A stretch of 32,000 nucleotides of DNA, from positions 420,001 through 452,000 of the forward strand of contig CP047921.1 of assembly GCA_010202845.1 (NCBI GenBank). The letters run 5' to 3'. Below the pieces are notes generated by a model. It was not told the DNA's origin. It saw nothing but the letters and a program-made list of their open reading frames with translations, and made no database searches. Both the position numbers and the translations under genes were made by a program. Below, in pieces: positions 24,843-32,000 of the stretch; the first letter of the stretch is position 1, and each line of letters starts with the position of its first letter. Source of the stretch: Candidatus Saccharibacteria bacterium oral taxon 488. Its GTDB lineage: Bacteria > Patescibacteriota > Saccharimonadia > Saccharimonadales > Saccharimonadaceae.

Positions 24843-27800
24843 TTACGCCTCCTCCTTTATTTCTTCTACTTCGTCAATATCTTGTACGCTCATACCGGCC
24901 TCGATGTCACCAATGTCGTCTGATTCGTCCAGGTAAACTTGGTCATCGTCATCATCGTCGTCGCTGGCAGTTTGCGGTACGGTCTTGTCGGCTGGGCCGC
25001 TGGAGGCAATGACATGCTCAGCGTCAACTACACCGCCCTCGTCAAGCAGGTCAACCCGAAGGCCCAAGCCCTGCAGTTCCTTGACGAGCACGTTGAAGGA
25101 CTCTGGGAGTTTTGGACCGACGATTGGCTCGTCCTTGATAATGGATTCGTACGCCTTGGCACGACCATAGACGTCGTCAGACTTGATGGTTAGCATTTCC
25201 TGCAAGGTTGCGGCGGCGCCGTAGGCTTCCAGTGCCCAGACCTCCATCTCGCCGAAGCGCTGACCACCGTTCTGCGCTTTACCACCGAGCGGCTGCTGAG
25301 TGACCATGGTGTACGGGCCAGTTGAGCGGGCGTGAATCTTGTCAGACACCATGTGGTGTAATTTGATCATATGCATCACACCGACTGTGGTGCGCTCCTC
25401 AAAGGCTTCACCAGTCCGGCCGTCAAACAATTGACTCTTGCCATCGCGTGCTAGTCCTGCTTTTTCTAGTTCATCAGAAATTGTGGCTGATGGTACACCG
25501 TCAAACGACGGCGTTGCCACGCGGTAGCCCAACGCTCGTGCTGCCATACCGAGGTGCGTTTCAAACAGCTGACCGAGGTTCATACGGCTCGGCACACCCA
25601 GCGGGTTCAAGATCACGTCAACTGGCGTACCGTCTTCCATGAATGGCATATCCTCGACCGGCAGTACCCGCGCGACCACGCCCTTGTTACCGAAGCGACC
25701 AGCCATCTTGTCACCGACACCGATCTTGCGCATCTGCGCCACAAAGATTTGGATTTGCATCAACACGCCGGCCTTGAGCTCGTGGCCATTCTCGCGGCTA
25801 AAGATCTTGACACCGACGACCTTGCCGCCACCAGCGTTATTCATCCGCTGTGAGGTATCGCGCACATCCTTGGCTTTTTCACCAAAGATGGCGCGGAGCA
25901 GACGCTCCTCAGAGCTGAGTTCCTGCTCACCCTTTGGTGTAATTTTACCAACCAAGACGTCACCAGCCTTAACCTCAGAACCAATTTGGACGATACCGTT
26001 TTCGTCCAAGTGGCGCAGGCTATCCTCCGACACATTCGGAATATCGCGGGTGACGATCTCTGGGCCGAGCTTGGTCTCGCGAACCTCCACGTTATAATCC
26101 TTGATGTTGATACTGGTCAAGCGATCGTCCTCCACCAAGCGGCGGCTGAGGATAATCGCGTCCTCCATGTTGTAACCGCCCCACGGCATAAAGGCCACCG
26201 TCAGGTTTCGTCCCAGCGCGATCTCGCCCTCGGCAATCGACGCACCCTCGACGAGGATATCGCCCTGCTTGACCGCATCGCCACGGGCTACGCGAACCTT
26301 TTGGTTGTAGCAGCGATCGTCATTGTTCTTGACGAAGTGTCGCAACGCGTAGACCTTGACGCCATCGGCGTACTTGACATGAATTTCATCAGCATCAGCC
26401 CGCACCACTTCACCGTCAGCCTCGGCCTGGATCAGGTGGCCGCTATTCTCGGCTACCGCCTGCTCGATACCGGTACCGACAACCGCTGGCTCTGGTGCGA
26501 GCAGCGGCACTGCTTGGCGCTGCATGTTCGAGCCAGTCAAGGCACGGTCAACACGGGTTTTCTCGATAAATGGCACCAGCGCCGCCGTCGAGCCGAGGAT
26601 CTGCTTGTGAGCAGCATCCATAAAGGTAACTTCTTCGACGTCGACCTGACCTGGCTGGAGAAACTTGCGAGCGCTGACGCGGCTATCGGTGAACGACTTG
26701 TCATCATTCAAGCGCGCCCCAGCATCGGCGATAACTTCGCTGGCCTCCTGAGCGGCGTCCAGATAGACCACTTCATCCGTCACCCGACCATCGGTGACGC
26801 GCAGGTACGGCGTCTCGATAAAGCCATACTCATTGACCCGTGCGTAGGTCGCGAGGTTCAGCACCAGACCAACGTTGGCGCCCTCTGGCGTTTCCACCGA
26901 GCAGATACGGCCGTAATGCGTTGGGTGAGCGTCGCGCACATCAAAGCCGGCGCGCTCGCGGCTCAAACCACCAGGGCCCATCGAGCTCAATCGGCGCTTG
27001 TGGCTGAGCTCGGACAGTGGGTTAACCTCATCGAGGAGCTGACTCAGCTGCGAGCTAGTAAAGAACTCGCGCACTGCTGCCACCACTGGTCGTGCATTGA
27101 TCAATTGACTCGGCGTGACGTTCTCCATGTCGGCCACACTCATCCGGTCCATGGCGTTGCGCTGCATTCTGAGCATACCGACGCGGAACTGACGGGCAAT
27201 CAGCTCGCCGACCAGCTTGACGCGGCGATTACTCAGCGCATCGATGTCATCAGCTGGCTCTTGGGTATTGTTGAGGCGAATGATCTCGCGGATAATGGCC
27301 ACCAAGTCACTCATCTGAAAAATACGGTTTTCGGCGGTATTAGCAACGTCGAGACCCAGGCGCTGGTTCATCTTGTATCGGCCGACCCGAGAATAATCAA
27401 ATCGCTTGAAATCAAAGAACATTCGCTCAATCATCTGGCGCGCATTGTCAACTGTCGCCAAGTCACCCGGCCGCAGGCGACGATAGACTTCGATCAGCGC
27501 TTCATTGGCGCCACGCGCAGTGTCTTTTTCAAGCGTTTCTTGGATGTAGCTGGTCTCGCCCGTGTCAATGTCGGCAAACAGTTCGCGAATTTCTGAAGTC
27601 TTTGGATGACCCAAAGCCCGCAGCAACGTCGTCACTGGCAATTTGCGGCGACGGTCAATCTTGACATAAATCGTACCATTTGGCGCGGTCTCAAACTCCA
27701 GCCAGGCACCACGGCCCGGAATCATCTTGGCGCCGTAATAGTTACGACCAGCCACGGTGTCGGCCGTAAAGAATACACCGGCTGAGCGGATCAACTGGCT

Positions 27801-28214
27801 GACTACCACGCGCTCCGTACCGTTGATGATAAAGGTACCGCGCTCGGTCATCCATGGATAATCGCCGAGGTAGATTTCTTGTTCCTTGACTTCGCCCGTG
27901 ACTTTGTTGGTTAGTTCGACGGTTGCATGCAGCGGCGCTTCAAATGTCAAGTTGTTTTCCTTGGCGAACTGATCGGTGGTCTTTGGTTCGTCAAAATGAT
28001 ACCTGCCGAACCGCAGCGCCAACTTCTGACCAGTGTAGTCGTCAATTGGGTTAATTTCTGAAAAGATTTCGCTCAAACCATCCTCGACGAACCAGCGCCA
28101 CGAGTCCTCTTGGTGAGCGATGAGATTTGGCATGGCGATCGCACTGTCTGTTCTAGTGAAAAAGACGCGCGCGCCACGAGTGGTCTGTTGAGCCACAGGC
28201 GTTACTCCTCGCAT
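24843..28214 (-). CDS. rpoB: DNA-directed RNA polymerase subunit beta
   Basis: 1123 aa by the ORF track. GTG 28196 is a likelier start, 8 nt after GAGGAG. The C-terminus contains DDDDDDD and an acidic tail. Confidence 0.99.
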   Translation of the reverse strand: MRGVTPVAQQTTRGARVFFTRTDSAIAMPNLIAHQEDSWRWFVEDGLSEIFSEINPIDDYTGQKLALRFGRYHFDEPKTTDQFAKENNLTFEAPLHATVELTNKVTGEVKEQEIYLGDYPWMTERGTFIINGTERVVVSQLIRSAGVFFTADTVAGRNYYGAKMIPGRGAWLEFETAPNGTIYVKIDRRRKLPVTTLLRALGHPKTSEIRELFADIDTGETSYIQETLEKDTARGANEALIEVYRRLRPGDLATVDNARQMIERMFFDFKRFDYSRVGRYKMNQRLGLDVANTAENRIFQMSDLVAIIREIIRLNNTQEPADDIDALSNRRVKLVGELIARQFRVGMLRMQRNAMDRMSVADMENVTPSQLINARPVVAAVREFFTSSQLSQLLDEVNPLSELSHKRRLSSMGPGGLSRERAGFDVRDAHPTHYGRICSVETPEGANVGLVLNLATYARVNEYGFIETPYLRVTDGRVTDEVVYLDAAQEASEVIADAGARLNDDKSFTDSRVSARKFLQPGQVDVEEVTFMDAAHKQILGSTAALVPFIEKTRVDRALTGSNMQRQAVPLLAPEPAVVGTGIEQAVAENSGHLIQAEADGEVVRADADEIHVKYADGVKVYALRHFVKNNDDRCYNQKVRVARGDAVKQGDILVEGASIAEGEIALGRNLTVAFMPWGGYNMEDAIILSRRLVEDDRLTSINIKDYNVEVRETKLGPEIVTRDIPNVSEDSLRHLDENGIVQIGSEVKAGDVLVGKITPKGEQELSSEERLLRAIFGEKAKDVRDTSQRMNNAGGGKVVGVKIFSRENGHELKAGVLMQIQIFVAQMRKIGVGDKMAGRFGNKGVVARVLPVEDMPFMEDGTPVDVILNPLGVPSRMNLGQLFETHLGMAARALGYRVATPSFDGVPSATISDELEKAGLARDGKSQLFDGRTGEAFEERTTVGVMHMIKLHHMVSDKIHARSTGPYTMVTQQPLGGKAQNGGQRFGEMEVWALEAYGAAATLQEMLTIKSDDVYGRAKAYESIIKDEPIVGPKLPESFNVLVKELQGLGLRVDLLDEGGVVDAEHVIASSGPADKTVPQTASDDDDDDDQVYLDESDDIGDIEAGMSVQDIDEVEEIKEEA

Positions 28215-28327
28215 TGATTATAATTGGTGATCACGGCCGGAAGATCTCTTAGTCTCAGCACGAGCCCGAGGTTTGCCCGCCCATCAAGCTCGCCCCTCGC
28301 TAAAACTACACTACTTCACTGTGACAC

Positions 28328-28356
28328 ATTATGACGCATGGGGCGACGAATTGCAA
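28328..28356 (-). promoter_or_regulatory. Candidate promoter of rpoBC
   Basis: Minus strand TTGCAA, 17-nt spacer, CATAAT. Confidence 0.45.
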
Positions 28357-28384
28357 GAGAAAAATAATGAAAAATTGACTGTCG

Positions 28385-29047
28385 TTAAGCAGCGGCTAGC
28401 TCTAAACGAAGGCACACTTCACCCAGTAATCTAGCCGCACGCTCACCGTCAGTGATCGTCGCTAACCACTCCCAGCTTCCATCGGTTTGAAGTTGCGCCG
28501 TATGTAGTCGATAATCACCAGCGACACCGCCAACCGAGTCACGTTTGACAATACGGCTAACTTGGTGATTTTGCGGATTAATATCTTTGACGTGACCCGG
28601 TAGTAGTAGAGCCCGCTCGTCAATATACATACCAAGATATATTAGCTGATTATTTGGCCCAGTCTCATGATTAAGTACTGCACTTACCAGTCCCCGAAAC
28701 AGATCCCAGCGTTTCATATTTCTAGCCCCATACCGCTCGAGATATATCAGATTATTATCCTGTACATCCGGAATATCTGAGGCCAAGCCTAAGGTGTCGG
28801 TTCGACCTACACTTGCTGCCGCCTTGATTGACGCATCTGCGAGCGCAACATAGATACCACCCTCGGCAAGATCGGCTTGCCTCCGAAGTACTTCGGGCGT
28901 AAACTGTTCAGATTGATACAATCGCCTTGTCTCGCAAGCGCTGATATCTGGCTTCACATGTACGAGAGACTCAACCCACAAGTGGCGTAGCTCATCACAC
29001 AATGAATCGGTAATATCACCACCACTTAATCGAACTGTCTCGATCAT
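28385..29047 (-). CDS. Hypothetical protein, 220 aa, third gene of the dcd-tmk operon; possibly a degenerate GNAT-like fold (weak)
   Basis: AGGAGAGGA SD lies in the 25-nt gap after tmk. The alternating beta/alpha pattern (IETVRL, IYVALAD, LIYLERYG, LFRGLVSAVL) is only suggestive. Confidence 0.7.
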   Translation of the reverse strand: MIETVRLSGGDITDSLCDELRHLWVESLVHVKPDISACETRRLYQSEQFTPEVLRRQADLAEGGIYVALADASIKAAASVGRTDTLGLASDIPDVQDNNLIYLERYGARNMKRWDLFRGLVSAVLNHETGPNNQLIYLGMYIDERALLLPGHVKDINPQNHQVSRIVKRDSVGGVAGDYRLHTAQLQTDGSWEWLATITDGERAARLLGEVCLRLELAAA

Positions 29048-29072
29048 GTCCTCTCCTGTTTATGAAAATATA

Positions 29073-29720
29073 CTACAAGTATCGAGTAATGCTGTCAAGA
29101 ATCCGCGCGTGTACTTCCTTCGGCGTGCCGGTGGCTGACAATAGCGGGATATTTCGCTCGGCGGCGATGGCCTCATAGGCGTGGTTAACCCTGTCCTGAA
29201 ACGACTGCTCACGCGACTCAAATGTATCAGGATGAGTGATGCGCCCGCGCTTCGCGATGCGCTGCTGGCGCTGGGCGTTGCTGAGTGTCAAGACCACCAT
29301 CGCGTCCGGCTGCAGGTATCGCTCGTCGGTAAATAGCTTCGTCATCCGCATAATCTCCTCCGTGTCCAGCCCGTCGCCATAGCCCTGATAAGCCAGTGTC
29401 GAGATGTAATTACGCGCGCTCAGGACGATCTCGCCGCGCTGCAGAGCTGGCTGAATCTTTTCGCGCCACAACTCGCGCCGTGCCGCCGAGAACAACGCTA
29501 CGTTAATTTCGCTAGAGCGCACTAGGTTTCCATTCTTGACAATACGCCTCAGTTCATTGGCTACGGGCGTCGACTTTTCTGGATCGTCGCTACCTGGCTC
29601 TTCGACCATACACACGACATGGCCGCGCGCCCGAAAATAATCCGCCAGCATGGCTACTTGCGTTGACTTGCCGGTGCCGTCGTTGCCTTCGATGACGATG
29701 TATTGACCGGGACGACTCAT
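29073..29720 (-). CDS. tmk: Thymidylate kinase
   Basis: IVIEGNDGTGKSTQ P-loop. ATGA overlap with dcd. Confidence 0.93.
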   Translation of the reverse strand: MSRPGQYIVIEGNDGTGKSTQVAMLADYFRARGHVVCMVEEPGSDDPEKSTPVANELRRIVKNGNLVRSSEINVALFSAARRELWREKIQPALQRGEIVLSARNYISTLAYQGYGDGLDTEEIMRMTKLFTDERYLQPDAMVVLTLSNAQRQQRIAKRGRITHPDTFESREQSFQDRVNHAYEAIAAERNIPLLSATGTPKEVHARILDSITRYL

Positions 29721-30436
29721 TTGACACCCTCGCCTAGGCCATTAATAATCGCCGGAGCATGACGCCGATCCTTGAACGCTCGCGGCAGCATCGTTTCCGG
29801 CCGCCAGCTATGGATAAGCTCGGCGAGGTCGTCGGTGTGCTGGTACTTGCCACTGATGCCGCCGCGCCCATCGGCGTAGCCACCATCCACCGGCCCGGTA
29901 TGGTGGAAAATTAATTGCCCGATACGCTCGCCAACTGGCAGTACCACGCTTTCGTGCTTGTTTAAATTGTAAATCTCGAGCGTAATCCGATTGATATAAC
30001 CTGGGTCGATCCAGCCCGCGTCAAAACACACCGCCACACCGTTACGACCCCACGAGCTGCGGCTCTTCACCTCGGCTGCGCCGCCATGCGCCCGAATACC
30101 CACAAACTCGTGCGTGTGTGCCAAGATCCGCTCGCCGGGACGCAGCACAATGATCGGATGCTCGTCCGGAATATTACGAAACCGCCTAAAGCCGTTGTGC
30201 TCGCACCACTCGGCGTGCGGTATCGCCATCAGCGGCCCCTTGAAATACCGCGCTACCTCCGCTTCGTCGAATGGATTATAGACGCTTGACTGATCGTCAA
30301 ATTCCTGTTTATAAAAATAATGCCCCAGTGTAAAATCCAAGCTAGCCTCTGACACATTATCTGGGTCAAACGGTGTACAGACGATCGTTCCCTCCTCGAT
30401 CGCTGCCAAAATTTCCCGGTTTGAATACACGCTCAT
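29717..30436 (-). CDS. dcd: dCTP deaminase family protein (dUTPase superfamily), 239 aa
   Basis: SLDFTLG, SRSSWGRNGV, AGWIDPGY and IGQLIFH match conserved dCTP deaminase blocks. Confidence 0.85.
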   Translation of the reverse strand: MSVYSNREILAAIEEGTIVCTPFDPDNVSEASLDFTLGHYFYKQEFDDQSSVYNPFDEAEVARYFKGPLMAIPHAEWCEHNGFRRFRNIPDEHPIIVLRPGERILAHTHEFVGIRAHGGAAEVKSRSSWGRNGVAVCFDAGWIDPGYINRITLEIYNLNKHESVVLPVGERIGQLIFHHTGPVDGGYADGRGGISGKYQHTDDLAELIHSWRPETMLPRAFKDRRHAPAIINGLGEGVK

Positions 30437-30483
30437 GCCGCGCCTCCTCTTGTTTATCTTACCTCACTCCCCCGAGTGATTCT

Positions 30484-30512
30484 ATTATGACAACATTTAC
30501 CCGCTCGGGCAA
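30484..30512 (-). promoter_or_regulatory. Candidate promoter of dcd-tmk-orf220
   Basis: Minus strand TTGCCC, 17-nt spacer, TGTCATAAT. The leader has a CACTC-GGGG-GAGTG hairpin and an AGAGGAGG SD. Confidence 0.45.
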
Positions 30513-30534
30513 GCTTTTCGTAAATTTTACATCA

Positions 30535-30549
30535 TGCTAGACTGGGGTT
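30535..30549 (+). promoter_or_regulatory. Extended -10 promoter positioned for a leaderless folA mRNA
   Basis: TGCTAGACT (30535-30543), then exactly 6 nt (GGGGTT), then ATG 30550. Confidence 0.45.
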
Positions 30550-31047
30550 ATGGAGAAAGCCATCATCGTTGCTTATGATAAAAATCGCGCCATCGGTCAG
30601 GGTGGCGATTTGCCGTGGGGTCGCAGCCTACCGGCGGATCTAGCGAATTTCAAGCGGCTGACCAAAGGTAGCGACGTCATCATGGGCCGAAAAACTTTCG
30701 AGTCGATCAGCTGCCGTCCGCTGCCGGAGCGCGAGAATATTGTCATTTCCTCGCGGCCGACGGGTGTTAAGGGCGTGCTGACTGCGGTAAACTTAGAAAG
30801 CGCCCTAGCGCTAGCTCGTTACAAAACCTTCATCATCGGTGGGGCGCGGGTGTATAGCGAGGCGCTGAAGACGCCGGAGACCGACACCATTTACGCCACC
30901 GAGGTTGACGCGTCATTCCCGGATGCCGACACCTTTTTCCCAGAGCTTGACATGACCGCTTGGCAGGAGGTGAGCCGCGTCCATCACCCCGCGGACACCG
31001 AGAATAAGTACGGCTTTGATTTTGTGACGTATCGTAGAATAATTTAG
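30550..31047 (+). CDS. folA: Dihydrofolate reductase
   Basis: IIVAYDKNRAIGQGGDLPW, LPADLANFKRLT and VIMGRKTFESI. Confidence 0.93.
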   Translation: MEKAIIVAYDKNRAIGQGGDLPWGRSLPADLANFKRLTKGSDVIMGRKTFESISCRPLPERENIVISSRPTGVKGVLTAVNLESALALARYKTFIIGGARVYSEALKTPETDTIYATEVDASFPDADTFFPELDMTAWQEVSRVHHPADTENKYGFDFVTYRRII

Positions 31048-31107
31048 CTGGGATCAACTCCGAACACCTTTGGATAATTTAGTACGCCAACAAATTGTCC
31101 GAACACA

Positions 31108-32000
31108 TTACACCGCAATCGGCGCCTTGATCGGTGGATGGTGTTCATACCCCTCTAGGCGAATATCATCAATGGTAAAATCGTCAATATTCTTGATGTC
31201 TGGATTCAGCCACAGTTTCGGCAGCGGCAGCGGACGGCGCGACAGTTGCTCGTCAACCTGCTGGCGGTGATTGTTATAAATATGCGCGCTATTCAGGGTG
31301 TGAACGAACTCGCCCGGCTGCTTGTCGGTCACTTGGGCGATCATGCTGAGCAGCAGCGCGTAGCTGGCGATATTAAACGGCACGCCCAGGAACATGTCCG
31401 CCGAACGCTGCGTCAGTGCCAAATCCAACTTATCTTTCTCGCCATTTTCACCCGGCCGCACATTGAACTGGAACATGGTGTGGCACGGCGGCAGCCCACC
31501 AGCTCGGGCGATATCGTCAATTTCCGCCACGTTCCAGGCGCTGACGATGTTGCGCCGCGATGTCGGATTATTCTGTATCATGTCAATAGCGTTTTGGATT
31601 TGGTCAATCGTTCCGCCCTTGCTGTCGGGCCATTTCCGCCACTGCACGCCGTAGACTGGTCCCAAGTTACCCCACGTTTCAGCAAACGTGTGATCAGTCG
31701 CGATTTTACCGATAAACTCCTTCATGCCAGCGCGCCACTCCTCACCGTTAATCTCTGGAATGCTCTGGTCAGTTTTCTCCAAATAATTCTTATACGGCCA
31801 CTCGTCCCAAATATGCACGCCGTTTTGTGCCAAATATTCAATGTTGCCGGTGCCTTTGAGAAACCACAGCAGCTCGTGCGCCACGCTAGTAAAGTACAGT
31901 TTCTTGGTAGTCATAGCCGGAAACCCGTTCGCCAAATCATACCGCGTTTGCACGCCAAACACTTCCGTCATGCCCGTGCCGGTGCGATCGCCTTTTTTCA
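31108..32000 (-). CDS. thyA: Thymidylate synthase (ThyA type), 5' end beyond the window
   Basis: The frame stays open upstream of ATG 31971 to the window edge and encodes KKGDRTGTG (the DRTGTG motif). PPCH active-site Cys block and [16 protein letters not shown] are also present. Confidence 0.95.
   Translation of the reverse strand, partial: KKGDRTGTGMTEVFGVQTRYDLANGFPAMTTKKLYFTSVAHELLWFLKGTGNIEYLAQNGVHIWDEWPYKNYLEKTDQSIPEINGEEWRAGMKEFIGKIATDHTFAETWGNLGPVYGVQWRKWPDSKGGTIDQIQNAIDMIQNNPTSRRNIVSAWNVAEIDDIARAGGLPPCHTMFQFNVRPGENGEKDKLDLALTQRSADMFLGVPFNIASYALLLSMIAQVTDKQPGEFVHTLNSAHIYNNHRQQVDEQLSRRPLPLPKLWLNPDIKNIDDFTIDDIRLEGYEHHPPIKAPIAV

Noticed and set aside
25986-27596. 536-aa plus-strand ORF, the longest non-annotated frame in the window.
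   Set aside because: It lies entirely antisense to the highly conserved rpoB coding region. Its composition (rich in Arg, Ala, Leu, Val, His) is typical of a shadow frame opposite a codon-biased gene, and it has no promoter or SD context.
31059-31106. 9-nt direct repeat TCCGAACAC at 31059-31067 and 31098-31106, between convergent folA and thyA.
   Set aside because: It is short enough to arise by chance. It has no associated hairpin or T-tract, so I cannot call it a terminator or a binding site.
1-32000. Search for tRNA, rRNA, CRISPR repeats, IS elements, integrases or long direct or inverted repeats flanking the inserted blocks.
   Set aside because: By eye I found no T-loop-like GGTTCGAATCC-type motif in the intergenic regions, no regularly spaced repeats, no transposase-like ORF, and no matching repeats at the island borders (2342-2386 against 6415-6501). 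A computational repeat search would be more sensitive.

Overview
Almost every core gene lies on the minus strand. The window holds the rpoB-rpoC, str (rpsL-rpsG-fusA), S10 (rplC to rpsQ) and spc (rplN to rplO) ribosomal clusters, followed by a dTTP-synthesis cluster (dcd-tmk, folA, thyA). rpmD (L30) is absent between rpsE and rplO. Together with the compact, overlap-coupled genes, this fits a small-genome Patescibacteria/CPR organism such as Saccharibacteria, but that is an inference only. The usually contiguous cluster is broken at six points by genes I cannot assign to a family. (1) A 4.1 kb six-gene envelope-type island sits between rplF and rpsH. (2) A plus-strand kinase-like ORF sits where tuf and rpsJ are expected; both are missing. 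(3) yajQ plus a 303-aa orphan lie between rpsG and fusA. (4) A 482-aa orphan lies between rpoC and rpsL. (5, 6) Two micro-ORFs of 54 aa and 72 aa are translationally coupled inside the spc operon, at rplE/rpsN and rplR/rpsE. The 54-aa ORF is not in the supplied ORF track. Each inserted block has its own sigma70-like promoter, often an extended -10 TGCTAnAAT, and most are bounded by hairpin terminators. Four plus-strand genes have the -10 element only 6-9 nt from the start codon and no Shine-Dalgarno, which suggests leaderless mRNAs. I found no tRNA, rRNA, CRISPR array, transposase or integrase. All functional calls on the orphan proteins are hypotheses.
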